Shown here piece by piece: positions 1-13,826 of a stretch of 64,000 nucleotides of DNA (position 1 is the stretch's first letter; every line of letters starts with the position of its first letter). A program made the translations under genes and the position numbers. Source of the stretch: Takakia lepidozioides (taxonomy: Eukaryota; Plantae; Bryophyta); assembly GCA_030704615.1 (NCBI GenBank), contig CM060732.1:57722001-57786000 (forward strand), written 5' to 3'. Below the pieces are notes generated by a model. The model did not search any database and was not told the origin of the DNA. It worked only from the letters and a program-made list of their open reading frames with translations.

Positions 1-3000
1 CCGACGAGCCGTTGATATCTAGTCCATAAAATCCGTGGGCATTTAGGGTCTCTCTCTAACCACTATATTTGGATGGTGGTTCTACAAAGACTCTCAAGAG
101 TAGCAAACCTCTGAAGCATCTCCACCCAACAAATTTCATCTAAACTAAAACTTACTCAATACATGATATTAATAATATTTGACGCCTCCCAAAGGAAGCG
201 TAAATTATTTGACAATGACAATCTATTGGCACCGTTGCAATTTCCATGGATTGAGTTTGCAGCATAATTGCAACACTGAAATTTTAGGATTTTGACTAGC
301 GTTCCTAGTGGGCCCTTGAATATGATGACACTACAAAAGAATTGTGCTCCTTAAAATACAAAAAAAAAACCTTGTATTTTAGGAATTTCAATAATAATAC
401 CAAAGTTTTATTCGAACTTCGAGGAAGGGCAAATCAAAAGCCCATCTGTCCTTCGAATCCTCCAGACGCAGAATCGATTCCTGTTTGTAGTCTTTTCCCT
501 GCTGCCACAGAATCTACTCATCCATAGCTTCATGCAGCCCCTTTAGTTATTGGTCACGGGCAGTGTCTCTTTTTTCATCCTCCATGGTTGTTTCATGAGG
601 TTATTTTTTCCTCAATTTTATTAATAAAATTCTCCAGGGCCTCTGTCCCTGTTACTGGAAAAAAAAAAAACTGAAGTTTTTCCCCATATCCATATTTTTG
701 CCCTCCACGCCAACTTATATGGCTGAAACTTAATGTTTTGAGGTAGCTTGCCAAGTAGTTCATGGTCTGTACATTTTCAATAGTATCATGGTTGTCAAGT
801 TTATGGGCCTTTCATTTCTGCAGCTCAGCTTAGTGTTGGGCGTTAGAACCAGTGAATGTATATGTGCATATCCGGATGGAGAACCAATCACAACTGAGAA
901 CCACTGGGACCACTGGGTATGAAGATGTGAAAAAAGATTCCATCCCCGGACACCCACGCCAAAATGCATAACGAGATGCATACCCGGACTTGTTGTTGAC
1001 TAAAAGTCCACCACGCAGATTAAGCTGAGGGTATACAAACTCCAAATATTCGGGTATAACCAGAACCTGCATGTATGCTAAAACTCTTATACCTACCCAA
1101 CAGTGGTTCAGCTGTCTAGGGTCACGCCCTAGGAGGGGGACCTCACCCGACGTAAAGAAACAACAAGGATTTTAGATTTTCATGGCTGTTATTTCCTCGA
1201 TCGGGCGACTTACAAGAGCGGGAACCCTAAGCAACTTGCATATGTCGTAATTACACATACGGTTCAAAAACGGAATGAAAAAAAAAATCATGTGCACGCG
1301 AAACGCAGTCCAACAGGTCCCACAGGTGCATCCTCTCCTCCTCCCCTCAAGAGGAAGAACCTTACGCGGCATAAGGTGCCATTCACCTGGCGGAAAATCC
1401 CGCCCCATAAGGTGCCATCCTCTCAAACTAAGAAATCCTGGCCAGGTCTTCATTGTGTCTCTATGTACTCGTACATCTACATACTGTTATAAGTCTAGTA
1501 TTACACCACCTTGAACTGGAGGAAAACATCAGCACTTATTAGAGCCGAAGCTAATCTGAAACTGAAACGAATAACTTAAACATCAGATAACTGTTTCGAG
1601 AGCTTGAAACTACCTTCAAAGAGGTAATTGTGAGTTTCTCCGTGTGATTCAGGACTGTATCATCGGAATCGTGTCAAGTCAGTGAATATATCGTACCGAC
1701 CAACTAACCCTACGGTCCTCTTGACGGATGAAAGCGACGGAGAAAAGAAATGCGAGAGATGGATGAAATTCACGCTTCTTAAACAAAGAAGATGGAAGAC
1801 TAATTGGAGTCGTGATCGCGATCTGCAGAGCGAGAGAGAAAGAGAGAGAGAGAGCGATCTGAAGATCGAGAGTAGTCATCTTGTTGCTGATACGCGGATT
1901 TGAGCTTGCAGATCATGCCATGGTTTTGAGCACCGGACACAGGTATCGGGAAATTAGGCAGGATTACGGGAACAAATTGTATACAGCAAGTTGAGAGTGA
2001 GCGGGGTTTCGAGTTTCGAAAAGGTGTAGGATCTGTGAGGAGGAGGCAGCTGGGAAGGAGCAGAAGGATCGAGATATTATTCTGGATATTGGACACAGCG
2101 AGAGGAAGGTGGTCAGGGGGAGGGGAGATTGTAGGACTGCCAGAGCTCGTTAGGGTTGGGCTTGTGCATGCCAAGGTGAGATCTATCGACATGTATGAGT
2201 TAGTATCTTGCGATCAGAGGACGGTAGTGAGGGAGAGGACCTTTGGGCAGAGCACCGTGATGTGCTTCATGTTTCCGTCAATCGCAGATAGCTGAATTCT
2301 CTCTGAATTTAGCTTCACATAGATGGCGTCGCCTTCTAAGTTTCCTAGCTTTCATTTCTTCCCTCTCTCTAGTCCATGAATCTGTATCTCTCTTTCCCTT
2401 TCTTGGAACTCCTTGGTCCCTACAGCGAAACCAGCAGTGCAATCTCAGCCACTTTGCCATGGTAATGACGGAGTAGATGTCGATAGTGGTAGTGCCGGGA
2501 TCGAGGTCGTTTTCTACTATAATGCAATCCCATTTCACGCTCACTCAAACCCGTAACCCGTTGTAGTCAGTATTCTCTTAGGAAAAGGCAAGTGTGCAGA
2601 TCCATAAGAAACATCAAATGTGCAATTTTTCCAGTTTTGAGGTCTACAGGTACCATTGTTACCACTCTTGTTTGTCAGAATGTACTAAGAAACCTGCATG
2701 CTACCTTGTACGATTGAAGAAGCCAACTAACTGCTGATGTTTATCTTGAAAAACTCCTTCATTTCAGAGAATGCTATCTTTTTGTGGACTCCTCGATATA
2801 CTACTGCTTTGATCACCGGCTGCAACTTACCCTTACACCTCGAACTCTCTTCTTGTCAACTGATGAATTGTTTGATCTCCAGTTTTGATTAGTTGGATGT
2901 GGTCAATCAATCAAGGCTCCATGATACTGGTCATTTGGCCGACACCCTGTCTAACACTTTCTGCTAGTTTGTGTTGCTGCTCAGCCTGTTTTTCAGGGAC

Positions 3001-3070
3001 TCCAAAGGTTGATGCCGATCATCAATAGACTCAGTACTCTTTCCTTAAGAGCCAGCAAGCGAAGCTAGAC

Positions 3071-6000
3071 ATGGAAACTGCCAGCCCTCAGGAACTGGGG
3101 GAGGAAGCTGCTGGGGTCAGTGGTGGCAGATCTGGATCTGCCATTGAAGAGCCTGGAGTGGAAGGAGAGAAGCCCGAAGGTGATGATGCAGCAGGTGCTC
3201 TAGCAGAGGAAGAAATGTTGGGAAGGAAAGGAAAAGGCGATTGTGGGGAGGAAGCTGCTGGGGTTAGTGGTGGCAGATCTGGATCTGTCATTGAAGAGCC
3301 TGGAGTGGAAGGAGAGAAGCCCGAATGTGATGATGCAGCAGGTGCTCTAGCAGAGGAAGAAATGTTGGGAAGAAAAGGAAAAGGCGATTGTAACCAGGGT
3401 GGGACTACTCTATCGGAGGACTCTGCTTTGTCTCGGGACATTTCAGGGTGCATTTCTGTGGGAGTAGAAGACGAGATGGAAAACCATCAAGCTGGTCTTA
3501 AGAATGAGGGAGAGACATCGTCTGGAAATGGTGACAGAAGTTGTGGTGATGGGTCCAGTGGAGAAAGGCATTCTGAGGTCAGCAATGGCCAGGGGACTAC
3601 TAGGAGCGAAGGGAAGGTACAAGAGTGGGGAATTGGTGCAAGGAGTCAGTGTGCAGATGTGAGAGAGGAAGTCACTCTTTTGTGTGAACCGGATAGTAAT
3701 AGAACCCTCGCTGAGGACATGACGACAGCATTGCCTGGAAACAACACTAACATTAAGACCCAGAAAGACTTAGATGCATGCTCAGGAGATGGTGACATTA
3801 TGGACAAATCTGAGCGGAAAAGTGTTTTGACAGAGGAGGAGGCTTCTGCTCCGCAAGAAAACGATGTGACCAAAGGATGGCAAACAATTCACCAACATAG
3901 TACAAGCCCTTGTGAGATAGAAAAAGTCATTCAATCAGAGCCTGCAATTGAAAGCCATGAGAGGACAGACCCGATGAAGCAGATATCAGAGATTTTGCCA
4001 CTTGATGTATATGCAACCAATGGTACCACAGGAACCTCTACCAGAGTTGCTGAGAATGCAGAAGCCAAGGTGACCAAACAGTCTGAGCCAATATCAGGAG
4101 CTGTGAAAGCTCAGGTTTCTGAGCTCATTCAGGAGGATCCAAATTCTGGTTTGTTGGATGAGTCCAGTGTGAGTCTTGGAGAGGCGAAGTCATGCGGGGA
4201 TGAGTGCGATGGGGACATCGACAGGGTCTTTTCTCATTTGAAGTTAAAAGTAAGTAGCATATTATCATCTTAATGCTTTGGTGACATTTATTCTTTGTGG
4301 TGTGCATTGTATGCTTTTGCAGATTTATCTGGCGGCCACATGCATTTCCATTGTTGGGTTTCGGCCTAAATGGTGTCCCTATCTAACCCCCTACAAATTA
4401 GTGATTTCTTGGGGAGACGTGCTTGAGTTCTGTGTATTTCAGGAGTAATGAAATTCGTGACAAATGGAATTGCTGGCAACCTCTTGAAATCAAGTACTTA
4501 TGCCAAAGCGTATTTGTTGCACTGCAGACGGACTCTACTGCTAGCAGTGATGAGGAGAGCTTTCAAGACGTCAGTGGGATTGAGAGGGATGCTTCTAGCA
4601 GTCTAGATAGTACAGCTAATACCAACACCCCCCGGCCACCTGCTAGTTGTGATATTTCCAGTACTGTGGATCATCAAGCATTTGGTGAAGAAGCGCACAG
4701 TAGTAGTGGTGAGGACTGTGTGAGCAGTAAGGCCCGGCCCATCCCTCACCCTAAAGAGCGACCGAAAAACCGTATAGACCTCCACCATCAGTTTGTGCGA
4801 GAAATTGTAAGCATTTGTGCTTTAGTCTTCTGGTTTGGGGTAAATTTGTATTTGGTTTGTGGTCTTGACATTCCTGACAGCAACCAAGGGTCTCTTCCTC
4901 ACTTTTCTTTCTCTGCTGTTCCCCTCATCCATCATTGGTGAACCTGCTTTGGGCCTGTTTGAAGAGAATGGGGTTGCTGCTCAGAATCTAGCTCTTCATA
5001 AGGTGTTGGTGTGATTACTTATTAACCTGTATAGTCATTTCAATTGGAAAATTTGGTGAAAAAGTCTCTCTATTTCATGGTGGCAGGTCAAGATTCAGCA
5101 AGACAGAGATCAATATGAGAAGCAATGGCAGGCTGCCCAGCAGGGGGCTTCTACTGGTAGTGGGGGTGTAACCCTCCAGAGTGCAAGTCCGGTTCAAATC
5201 CAGGTACAGACAGTTCTATACTGCGGAGTGTGGAGGGATTTGGGTTATGTGGAGTGTTGTTACCTTGGGCAGGGCTGTTAGAAGAATGCACACATTAGAT
5301 GTTGTTTGCCGTAGCCTCGTGGCCGTAGACCCCGTGGACAGTTTGGGTGGAACTGTGGGGAAAGAGAGCTTGTGGCCACCGTGCCCAGTTTGGGCGGAAC
5401 AGCCAGAGAGAGAGATGAGTACTGTCTTCAGATTGCCCACACAACGGGCAATTGCACTCTCCCTTTCCTCTCTGCTTCTGTTTGCTGTTCAAAGGTAGGC
5501 TTCCTGCCCTGAGTTTAAATTTCAGTCTAGTGCCGAGAGTGGGTAGACCCTTGAGGTCATCCAAGATGTCCTCCCCCATGTCACTGACTGGAAACAAGTT
5601 CAGGGAAGTTTTCTGCCTAACTTCATTTTCATCAGACAATCTCATGGCAACAGACATGGCTGAGGACACTACAGCCTCTAAGTCAGATTTATCCAGCAGG
5701 GTCAAGACTTGCGGTTCCAGGTCCAGGTCCTTGAGAATCTCTTCTACTCTCTTCTGCCAGGACTTAGCCTGTTTGACAGGGCGGTCCTGTTTCCAAGATA
5801 GTCGATTAACTTAGGATATCTGGTGTTGGACATAAGTTGCAGCTGACCCCACCATCTGACCTTGAATTCATCTCGTCGGGAGCTTAAGGACGGAATGCCA
5901 AACTCACCCCGAACAGCCACATTGGTAGTTTTGGAGCATGCCGACATACACTCCTTAAGCACCCCCACTTGAATGGATTCTAGAGACCAGCTTGGTTGGA

Positions 6001-9000
6001 GTTATCAACCCATATTGCAGATCCGTACTCCAAGGCAGGTCTAATAACGCGACAAAGCATGGTTTTCTTAACCTCAGAGTTGACCCCTCTGCAGTGGAAA
6101 AATTTCGTGAGCCCCAGAGCTTTGCCCTTGCCAGTTTGAACAACTTTCCGGATATGTGCATCCCAATTACAATTGGAGGAGAACTCAACGCCCAGGTAAG
6201 TGTAGGAAGGGAGGACCGGGATCTCTTGGCTACTCCACGGCCACTTAAGATCACTTCCTCCCTCTCCTCTGTCGTTGAATGCTACCACTGCACATTTGCT
6301 GACATTAGCCTCTAGCCCCCAAAGATCAAAGTATCTCTTCGCGCAATCAATCAACTCCTGGAGATTGGTTGGAGTCTCCCCTATGCCTGCGAAGTCATCC
6401 GCAAACATAAGGGCTGGTATGGTGGTATCACCCACCCTTAACCCAAATCCCTCACTTTCCACATCCTCGAGGAGTTGATTGATGAAAACATTGAAGAGCA
6501 GAGGGGAGAGATTGTACTCATAAGACTTTGTTTGCCGTAGCCTTGTGGCCATTGACCCCGCGCCCAGTTTGAGCGGGAACAAAAGGGACAGAACCTACCT
6601 CTGTTAGGGGCTGACATTGGTAGTAAGACTTACCTCCATATATAGAATTAATCCGGGTTTTCCAGATATCCTCTATAAATCCCTTCACACAAGCATCAAT
6701 CTGTTGTGTGTGATTTGCCCAAAAACTAGGCCTCAGGAGGGCCTGGGCTTTTGGCTCAGCCTCGAGACTTTCAAAGTTGGTAAACAGGGGTACAGGCACA
6801 ATTCCCTTGATAGATTTGAAGAGAGCGTCTCTTCGCTGAGAGAACCCCGGACAGTGTATCAGAAAATGAATACTGTCTTCAGATTGCCCACACAACGGGC
6901 AATTGCACTCTCCCGTTCCTCTCTGCTTCTGTTTGCTGTTCAAAGGTAGGCTTCCTGCCCTGAGTTTAAATTTCAGTCTAGTGCCGAGAGTGGGTAGACC
7001 CTTGAGGTCATCCAAGATGTCCTCCCCCATGTCACAGACTGGAAACAAGTTCAGGGAAGTTTTCTGCCTAACTTCATTTTCATCAGACAATCTCATGGCA
7101 ACAGACATGGCTGAGGACACTACAGCCTCTAAGTCAGATTTATCCAGCAGGATCAAGACTTGCGGATCCAGGTCCAGGTCCTTGAGGATCTCTTCTACTC
7201 TCTTCTGCCAGGACTTAGCCTGTTTGACAGGGCGGTCCTGTTTCCAAGATATACAGTCGATTAACTTAGGATATCTGGTGTTGGACATATGTTGCAGCTG
7301 ACCCCACCATCTGACCTTGAATTCATCTCGTCGGGAGCTTAAGGACGGAATGCCAAACTCACCCCGAACAGCCACATTGGCTGTTTTGGAGCATGCCGAC
7401 ATACACTCCTTAAGCACCCCCACTTGAATGGATTCTAGAGACTTAGCCTGGTTGAAGTTATCAACCCATATTGCAGATCCGTACTCCAAGGCAGGTCTAA
7501 TAACGCGACAAAGCATGGTTTTCTTAACCTCAGAGTTGACCCCTCTGCAGTGGAAAAATTTCGTGAGCCCCAGAGCTTTGCCCTTGCCAGTTTGAACAAC
7601 TTTCCGGATATGTGCATCCCAATTACAATTGGAGGAGAACTCAACGCCCAGGTAAGTGTAGGAAGGGAGGACCGGGATCTCTTGGCTACTCCACGGCCAC
7701 TTAAGATCACTTCCTCCCTCTCCTCTGTCGTTGAATGCTACCACTGCACATTTGCTGACATTAGCCTCTAGCCCCCAAAGATCAAAGTATCTCTTCGCGC
7801 AATCAATCAACTCCTGGAGATTGGTTGGAGTCTCCCCTATGCCTGCGAAGTCATCCGCAAACATAAGGGCTGGTATGGTGGTATCACCCACCCTTAACCC
7901 AAATCCCTCACTTTCCACATCCTCGAGGAGTTGATTGATGAAAACATTGAAGAGCAGAGGGGAGAGAGTACATCCTTGAGCTACACCTTGGTCTATGTCA
8001 AAGAAGTTGGACTTCTGTCCGTTAACAGTGACACAGCTTTTGGTGTGAGCATACAAGTTGTGGACAACTCTCCACATCTTTCCCTTGATCCCACAAGACC
8101 AGAGGCGGAACCATAGGCCATCTCTCCACACTGTGTCATAAGCCTTTTTGACATCCAGGAAAAAGACATAAGTGGGTTTCCCTTCTTTTTTCCTTCCTGG
8201 ATAATCTGGCTTAGAGTGAAGATATGATCCACACAGCCCCTGTTTCGCCGAAAGCCAGCTTGGCCTTCGTGGAAACAACCTCTAGACTCCAGATCAACCT
8301 CGAGACGAGTACTTATAACTCTGCAGAATGTCTTGCCAACAGCATTGAGGAGCGTGATGCCACGGTAGTTCCCCGGTTCTTCTCTGTCACCCTTCTTGTA
8401 TAGATTGACAATGACCCCCTGTCGCCAGCGAAAGGGGATCATTTCAGTCTTCCAGATAAGGTTAAAGAGGAGAACTAGGGCCTCTATCATGGGATCGCCA
8501 CCGTGCTTGATAAGCTCGTTGACAATACCATCAGGTCCACCAGCTTTATATCCATTTAAATGTTCAATTGCTTCCACAATCTCAGAAGAACTAATGGGAG
8601 CATTATAAGCCATTGAAATATACTCCAGTTCATCAGGGCTGTTTTGAATCATAGGAACAGTTTTTCCAACTGTGTCCCTCCATTCAGCAGAAGACCCCTC
8701 ACTGTTAGACCTAGAAGTTCTGCCAAGGATACTGTAGTGAGTTTCAAAGGTTTTGACAATGTCAACCGATGAAGTCACCACTGCACCTTTAGTAGTCTTC
8801 AACGCTTGTACTTGCTGACCGTTTTTCGGATTGTACAAACGCTGAAGGGCCAACCAGAATTTCTTGTCATTACCACCATGGCAGTTTGAGTTTATTTCAC
8901 TGTATAACTTGTCCCAGTATAATTTCTTCTGAGACCTAACAAGCTGATTGATATCTTTACGGAGCTGGTAGTACCTCGTCCACAATTCTCTGTTGGTTTC

Positions 9001-10957
9001 CAAATTGCAGCACTCTTTATAGAGGGCTCGTCTCTCAGCTATCTTGAGTTTAATCTCATTAGTCCACCAAATAACTGCTCTACCGCAGACAATTAGTTTC
9101 CTCCCAATGATCTTGTCAGCCACGGAGGAAACGAAACTCTCCCAAGAGTCCACTGCTCTTTCGTCTTCATTTCTTGCGTTAACAGAGCGTGACTGAAGTT
9201 CTTGGAGCGATTGGACAAAATGAGGGAGAGCCTCTTGCAAGGCCTGGACGTACTCAGCCTTGACCTCCTCATTGTGGAATTTTTCTATGCGCCACTTCCG
9301 AATCGAACGTTTCACAGATCTCTTGGTGGTGGGAAAACACTTTTTGATCTCAGTCCAAACCAGGAAGTGGTCAGAGGTACCAATATCAGTTCTGTCGATC
9401 AACACATTGGCACACTGGGGGAACAAAATTTTGTCCATTATGATATAGTCCACAATGGAATGTTCCCCAGTTTGGGATTTCTCACGAGTCCACTGCACTT
9501 GGTCACCTCTTGTCCTGTTATTCAAGGTCAAAAGCTGAAGCTCTTCTAGACAGTTAATTAACCGTCTGCCATTAGAATTCAGCTCGTCCTCACCAAAAGG
9601 TCCAATGATATCGTCCTGATGGATCCCTTTGCCCACCCGGGCATTGAAGTCCCCAATAGTACCACCTGACCTTTGGCAAGGAACGAAGCACAGTCCAGCT
9701 TTACATCTTCGAAGGCCTTGTCTGCGTCAGCACTAAGGGTCCCCTCTGTGGGCATGTAAACACAACCAACAAAGAGGTCCTTTGTACTCATGCCGCCCTT
9801 CAAATTCAGTTTTAGCCAGATACTATGCTCGTACCTCAAACCCTTGTTGATAATTTCACAATTGTCAAACAAGAAATCACGGACAAAGAATCCGACCCCT
9901 TTTTGACCGCGTTTGGCAGAGGCTACCTTGAGAGTACACATCTTACCTGCCCATTTATAACCAATGACATCTCCAACCAGTTTATCCGACGTTTCCCATG
10001 TTTCTTGCCCAGCACAGATATGAATATCATTAGTCCGAAGAACTTGTCCCACTTCAAGTTGTTTCCTTTGGTTGGTCAACCCTGAGAAGTTGAAAGTGGC
10101 CAGCCGCAAGCCAGCCCTTTGCGTGTGAATTGTTTGTCGTCTAGGTAGCTTGTGATTGCTCCTGGACGGCCAACCGTTCTGCAAAGGGGGGACAGTTACC
10201 CCATGTGTAGATTTTGCTCGTCTTGTGTAAACTTTGAGAATTGGTAAACCATTCAGGGTACCAAATCTTTCAGTTACACGACGCACAGGCTCCGCACACA
10301 TAGGGGCAGATTGTCCGTCAGACTGCTTGGGGACAATTACCCCGTGTATAGATTTTGCTCGTCTTGTGTAGACTTTGAGGATTGGTAAACCATTTAGAGT
10401 ACCAAATCCTTCAGGCTCTGCACACTTAGAGACAGATTGTCCATCTGACGGCTTGGGGACAATTACCCCGTGTATAGAATTTGTTCGTCTTGTGTAAACC
10501 TTGAGGATTGGTAAACCATTCAGAGTACCAAATCCTTCAGATTCAGGACGTTCAGGTTCCGTACAGTTAGGGGCATCTTGTCCTTCTGGCTGTTTGGATT
10601 CAACCTCATCCAGAGCGTCAAACCGATTAGAAACTCTCAAGTTGAAGTTGTTGCCCTTGGTTGTCTTCCTAGAGCGCCCCATTGAATCACCAATGTCTAA
10701 GACCGCTCTCCAGCCAGTCAAGGGACGAACTTCTTTGAGATTGAATTGATGCGGGACTCTATTAGAAGCACTTTTGGTCATTGCAACCTTCAACGTACCC
10801 CTGTTATCAAGTCTCGAGATGGTACCATTAGCCATGAAATCCAAGCCTGAGCTAGAGCATGTAGTTTTAAAGGACACATCGTCCATCCTGGGATTCACCC
10901 CAAAAACTACACATGAAGCCCTAGATTTGGCATAAGTAACCAATTCCCAGGGATCAC

Positions 10958-10998
<41 letters not shown>

Positions 10999-11895
10999 AT
11001 ACTCACAAGACGTTGTTTGCCATAGCCTTGTGGCCATTGACCCTGTGCCCAGTTTGAATGGAACCCATAGCAACAGAAACTACCTTGTCAGGGGACGCTG
11101 GTAGTATGACTTACCTTGAAACATACAATTGATCTGACTTTTCCAGATATCCTCTAGAAATCCCTTCACACAAACATCAATCTGCCGTGTGTGAATAACT
11201 AGACCCCAAAAGGGTCTGGGTTTTTGGCTCCGCCTCGAGATTTTCAAAGCTGGTAAACAGAGGTACAGGAACAAATCCCTTGATGGATTTGAAGAGGGCG
11301 TCTCTCTGGTGAGAGTACCCAGGACAATGAATCAGAAAGAGAGAGGGAGAGGGAGAGAGAGTGTGTGTGTGTTTGTGTGACTTTAAATATAATAGTGAAC
11401 ACATGCAAGGAAGACGATGTACTCATAAGACGACGTTTGACATAACCTTGTGGCCATTGACCCCGCGCTCAGTTCGAGCGGAACACAAAGGGACAGAAAC
11501 TACCTTTGTCAGGGGCTAACGCTTGACACATTCACACATTCAAGGAAGAGAGAGAATGTACTCATAAGACGTTGTTTGCTGTAGCCTTGTGGCATTGACC
11601 CCGTGGCCAGTTTGAGCGGAACACAAGGGACAGAAACTACCTTGTCAGGGGCTGACGCTGGTAGTATGACTTACCTTGGAACAGACAATTGATCCCAGTT
11701 TTCCAGATATCCTCTAGAAATCCCTTTACAAGCATCAATCTGCTGTGTGTGATTGCACAATGACTACGCCCCAAAAGGGCCTGGGCTTTTGGCTCAGCCG
11801 CGAAGAGGAAGAGAGAGAGAGAGAGAATGTACTCATAAGACGTTGTTTGCCGTAGCCTTGTGGCCATTGACCCCGCGCCCAGTTTGAGTGGGAGG

Positions 11896-11985
<90 letters not shown>

Positions 11986-13795
11986 CTCATAAGACGTTGT
12001 TTGAGAACCGGGGCGCACAGGGATAAAAACAGGTTCAGGTTTTTGAACCCTTGGTGGGCCTTGGCAACATGGCATAACACTAGAGAGCTGGTGGGCCCAG
12101 GGCAAAACTTCTTTAATGCTCTCAAGCTCCTTAGATCCTATCCTGGGTTCAATGCTTGAAGGCCATGAGATTCTATGTTCAATGCTTCAGCGCCATGACC
12201 TTGTGTTCAATCTCCAGCTCCATGATTGATATCCTGGCTAAGTTCATTAATAAAATGTTTGAAGATGCCAATACTTGCCAGGTAGCTGAATAGTACTTTC
12301 AACCCATAAAATTTTACCCATTTTCTTCTACCAGTTTATTTAGAGTATTTTTGTTTGTTTTTTTGTGTTAGTGAAAACTAACAAAATCGTTGGATTTTAG
12401 TTCAAATATGTGAATACACTGCTATTTAATCTACCGGACTGATAAAATACTTTAAATCTAATTAAATTAAACAAATATATTTTTAAAATAGGTTGGAACC
12501 TAACCGGAACCGATGGTTTTTATCAGCAACTAACCGGTAACCAGAACCGCCCCCATGTTTAAAAGTTGGCTCCGGAACCGGACCGGAACCGTCTCTTGAA
12601 ATAATTGTGGAACCGGAACCGAAGGTTCCTTCACAAATGCAAGAACCACCCAACATTGGATAGAACCTACCTCTGTCAGGGGCTGACGTTGGTAGTAAGA
12701 CTTACCTTCATATATAGAATTAATCCTGGTTTTCCAGATATCCTCTAGAAATCCCTTCACACAAGCATCAATCTGTTGTGTGTGATTTGCCCAAAAACTA
12801 GGCCTCAGGAGGGCCTGGGCTTTTGCTCAGCCTCGAGACTTTCAAAGTTGGTAAACAGGGGTACATGCACAATTCCCTTGATAGATTTGAAGAGAGCGTC
12901 TCTTCGCTGAGAGAACCCCGGACAGTGTATCAGAAAATGAATACTGTCTTCAGATTGCCCACACAACGGGCAATTGCACTCTCCCTTTCCTCTCTGCTTC
13001 TGTTTGCTGTTCAAAGGTAGGCTTCCTGCCCTGAGTTTAAATTTCAGTCTAGTGCCGAGAGTGGGTAGACCCTTGAGGTCATCCAAGATGTCCTCCCCCA
13101 TGTCACTGACTGGAAACAAGTTCAGGGAAGTTTTCTGCCTAACTTCATTTTCATCAGACAATCTCATGGCAACAGACATGGCTGAGGACACGACAGCCTC
13201 TAAGTCAGATTTATCCAGCAGGGTCAAGACTTGCGGATCCAGGTTCAGGTCCTTGAGGATCTCTTCTACTCTCTTCTGCCAGGACTTAGCCTGTTTGACA
13301 GGGCGGTCCTGTTTCCAAGATATATAGTCGATTAACTTAGGATATCTGGTGTTGGACATAAGTTGCAGCTGACCCCACCATCTGACCTTGAATTCATCTC
13401 GTCGGGAGCTTAAGGACGGAATGCCAAACTCACCCCGAACAGCCACATTGGTAGTTTTGGAGCATGCCGACATACACTCCTTAAGCACCCCCACTTGAAT
13501 GGATTCTAGAGACCAGCTTGGTTGGAGTTATCAACCCATATTGCAGATCCGTACTCCAAGGCAGGTCTAATAACGCGACAAAGCATGGTTTTCTTAACCT
13601 CAGAGTTGACCCCTCTGCAGTGGAAAAATTTCGTGAGCCCCAGAGCTTTGCCCTTGCCAGTTTGAACAAATTTCCGGATATGTGCATCCCAATTACAATT
13701 GGAGGAGAACTCAATGCCCAGGTAAGTGTAGGAAGGGAGGACCGGGATCTCTTGGCTACTCCACGGCCACTTAAGATCACTTCCTCCCTTTCCTC

Positions 13796-13826
<31 letters not shown>

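Noticed and set aside
709-841. Imperfect inverted repeat GCCAAC..GCTGA ... TCAGC..GTTGGGC resembling an integron attC site
   Set aside because: The arms are very short, there is no cassette ORF or integrase, and the context is plant nuclear DNA. Probably chance.
1290-1440. Repeated CATAAGGTGCCA / CACAGGT motifs
   Set aside because: Only two or three short copies and no definable TIRs or TSD.
11637-12159. ORFs with SLSLSL / ERERER tracts
   Set aside because: Translation artefacts of the (GA)n microsatellite.
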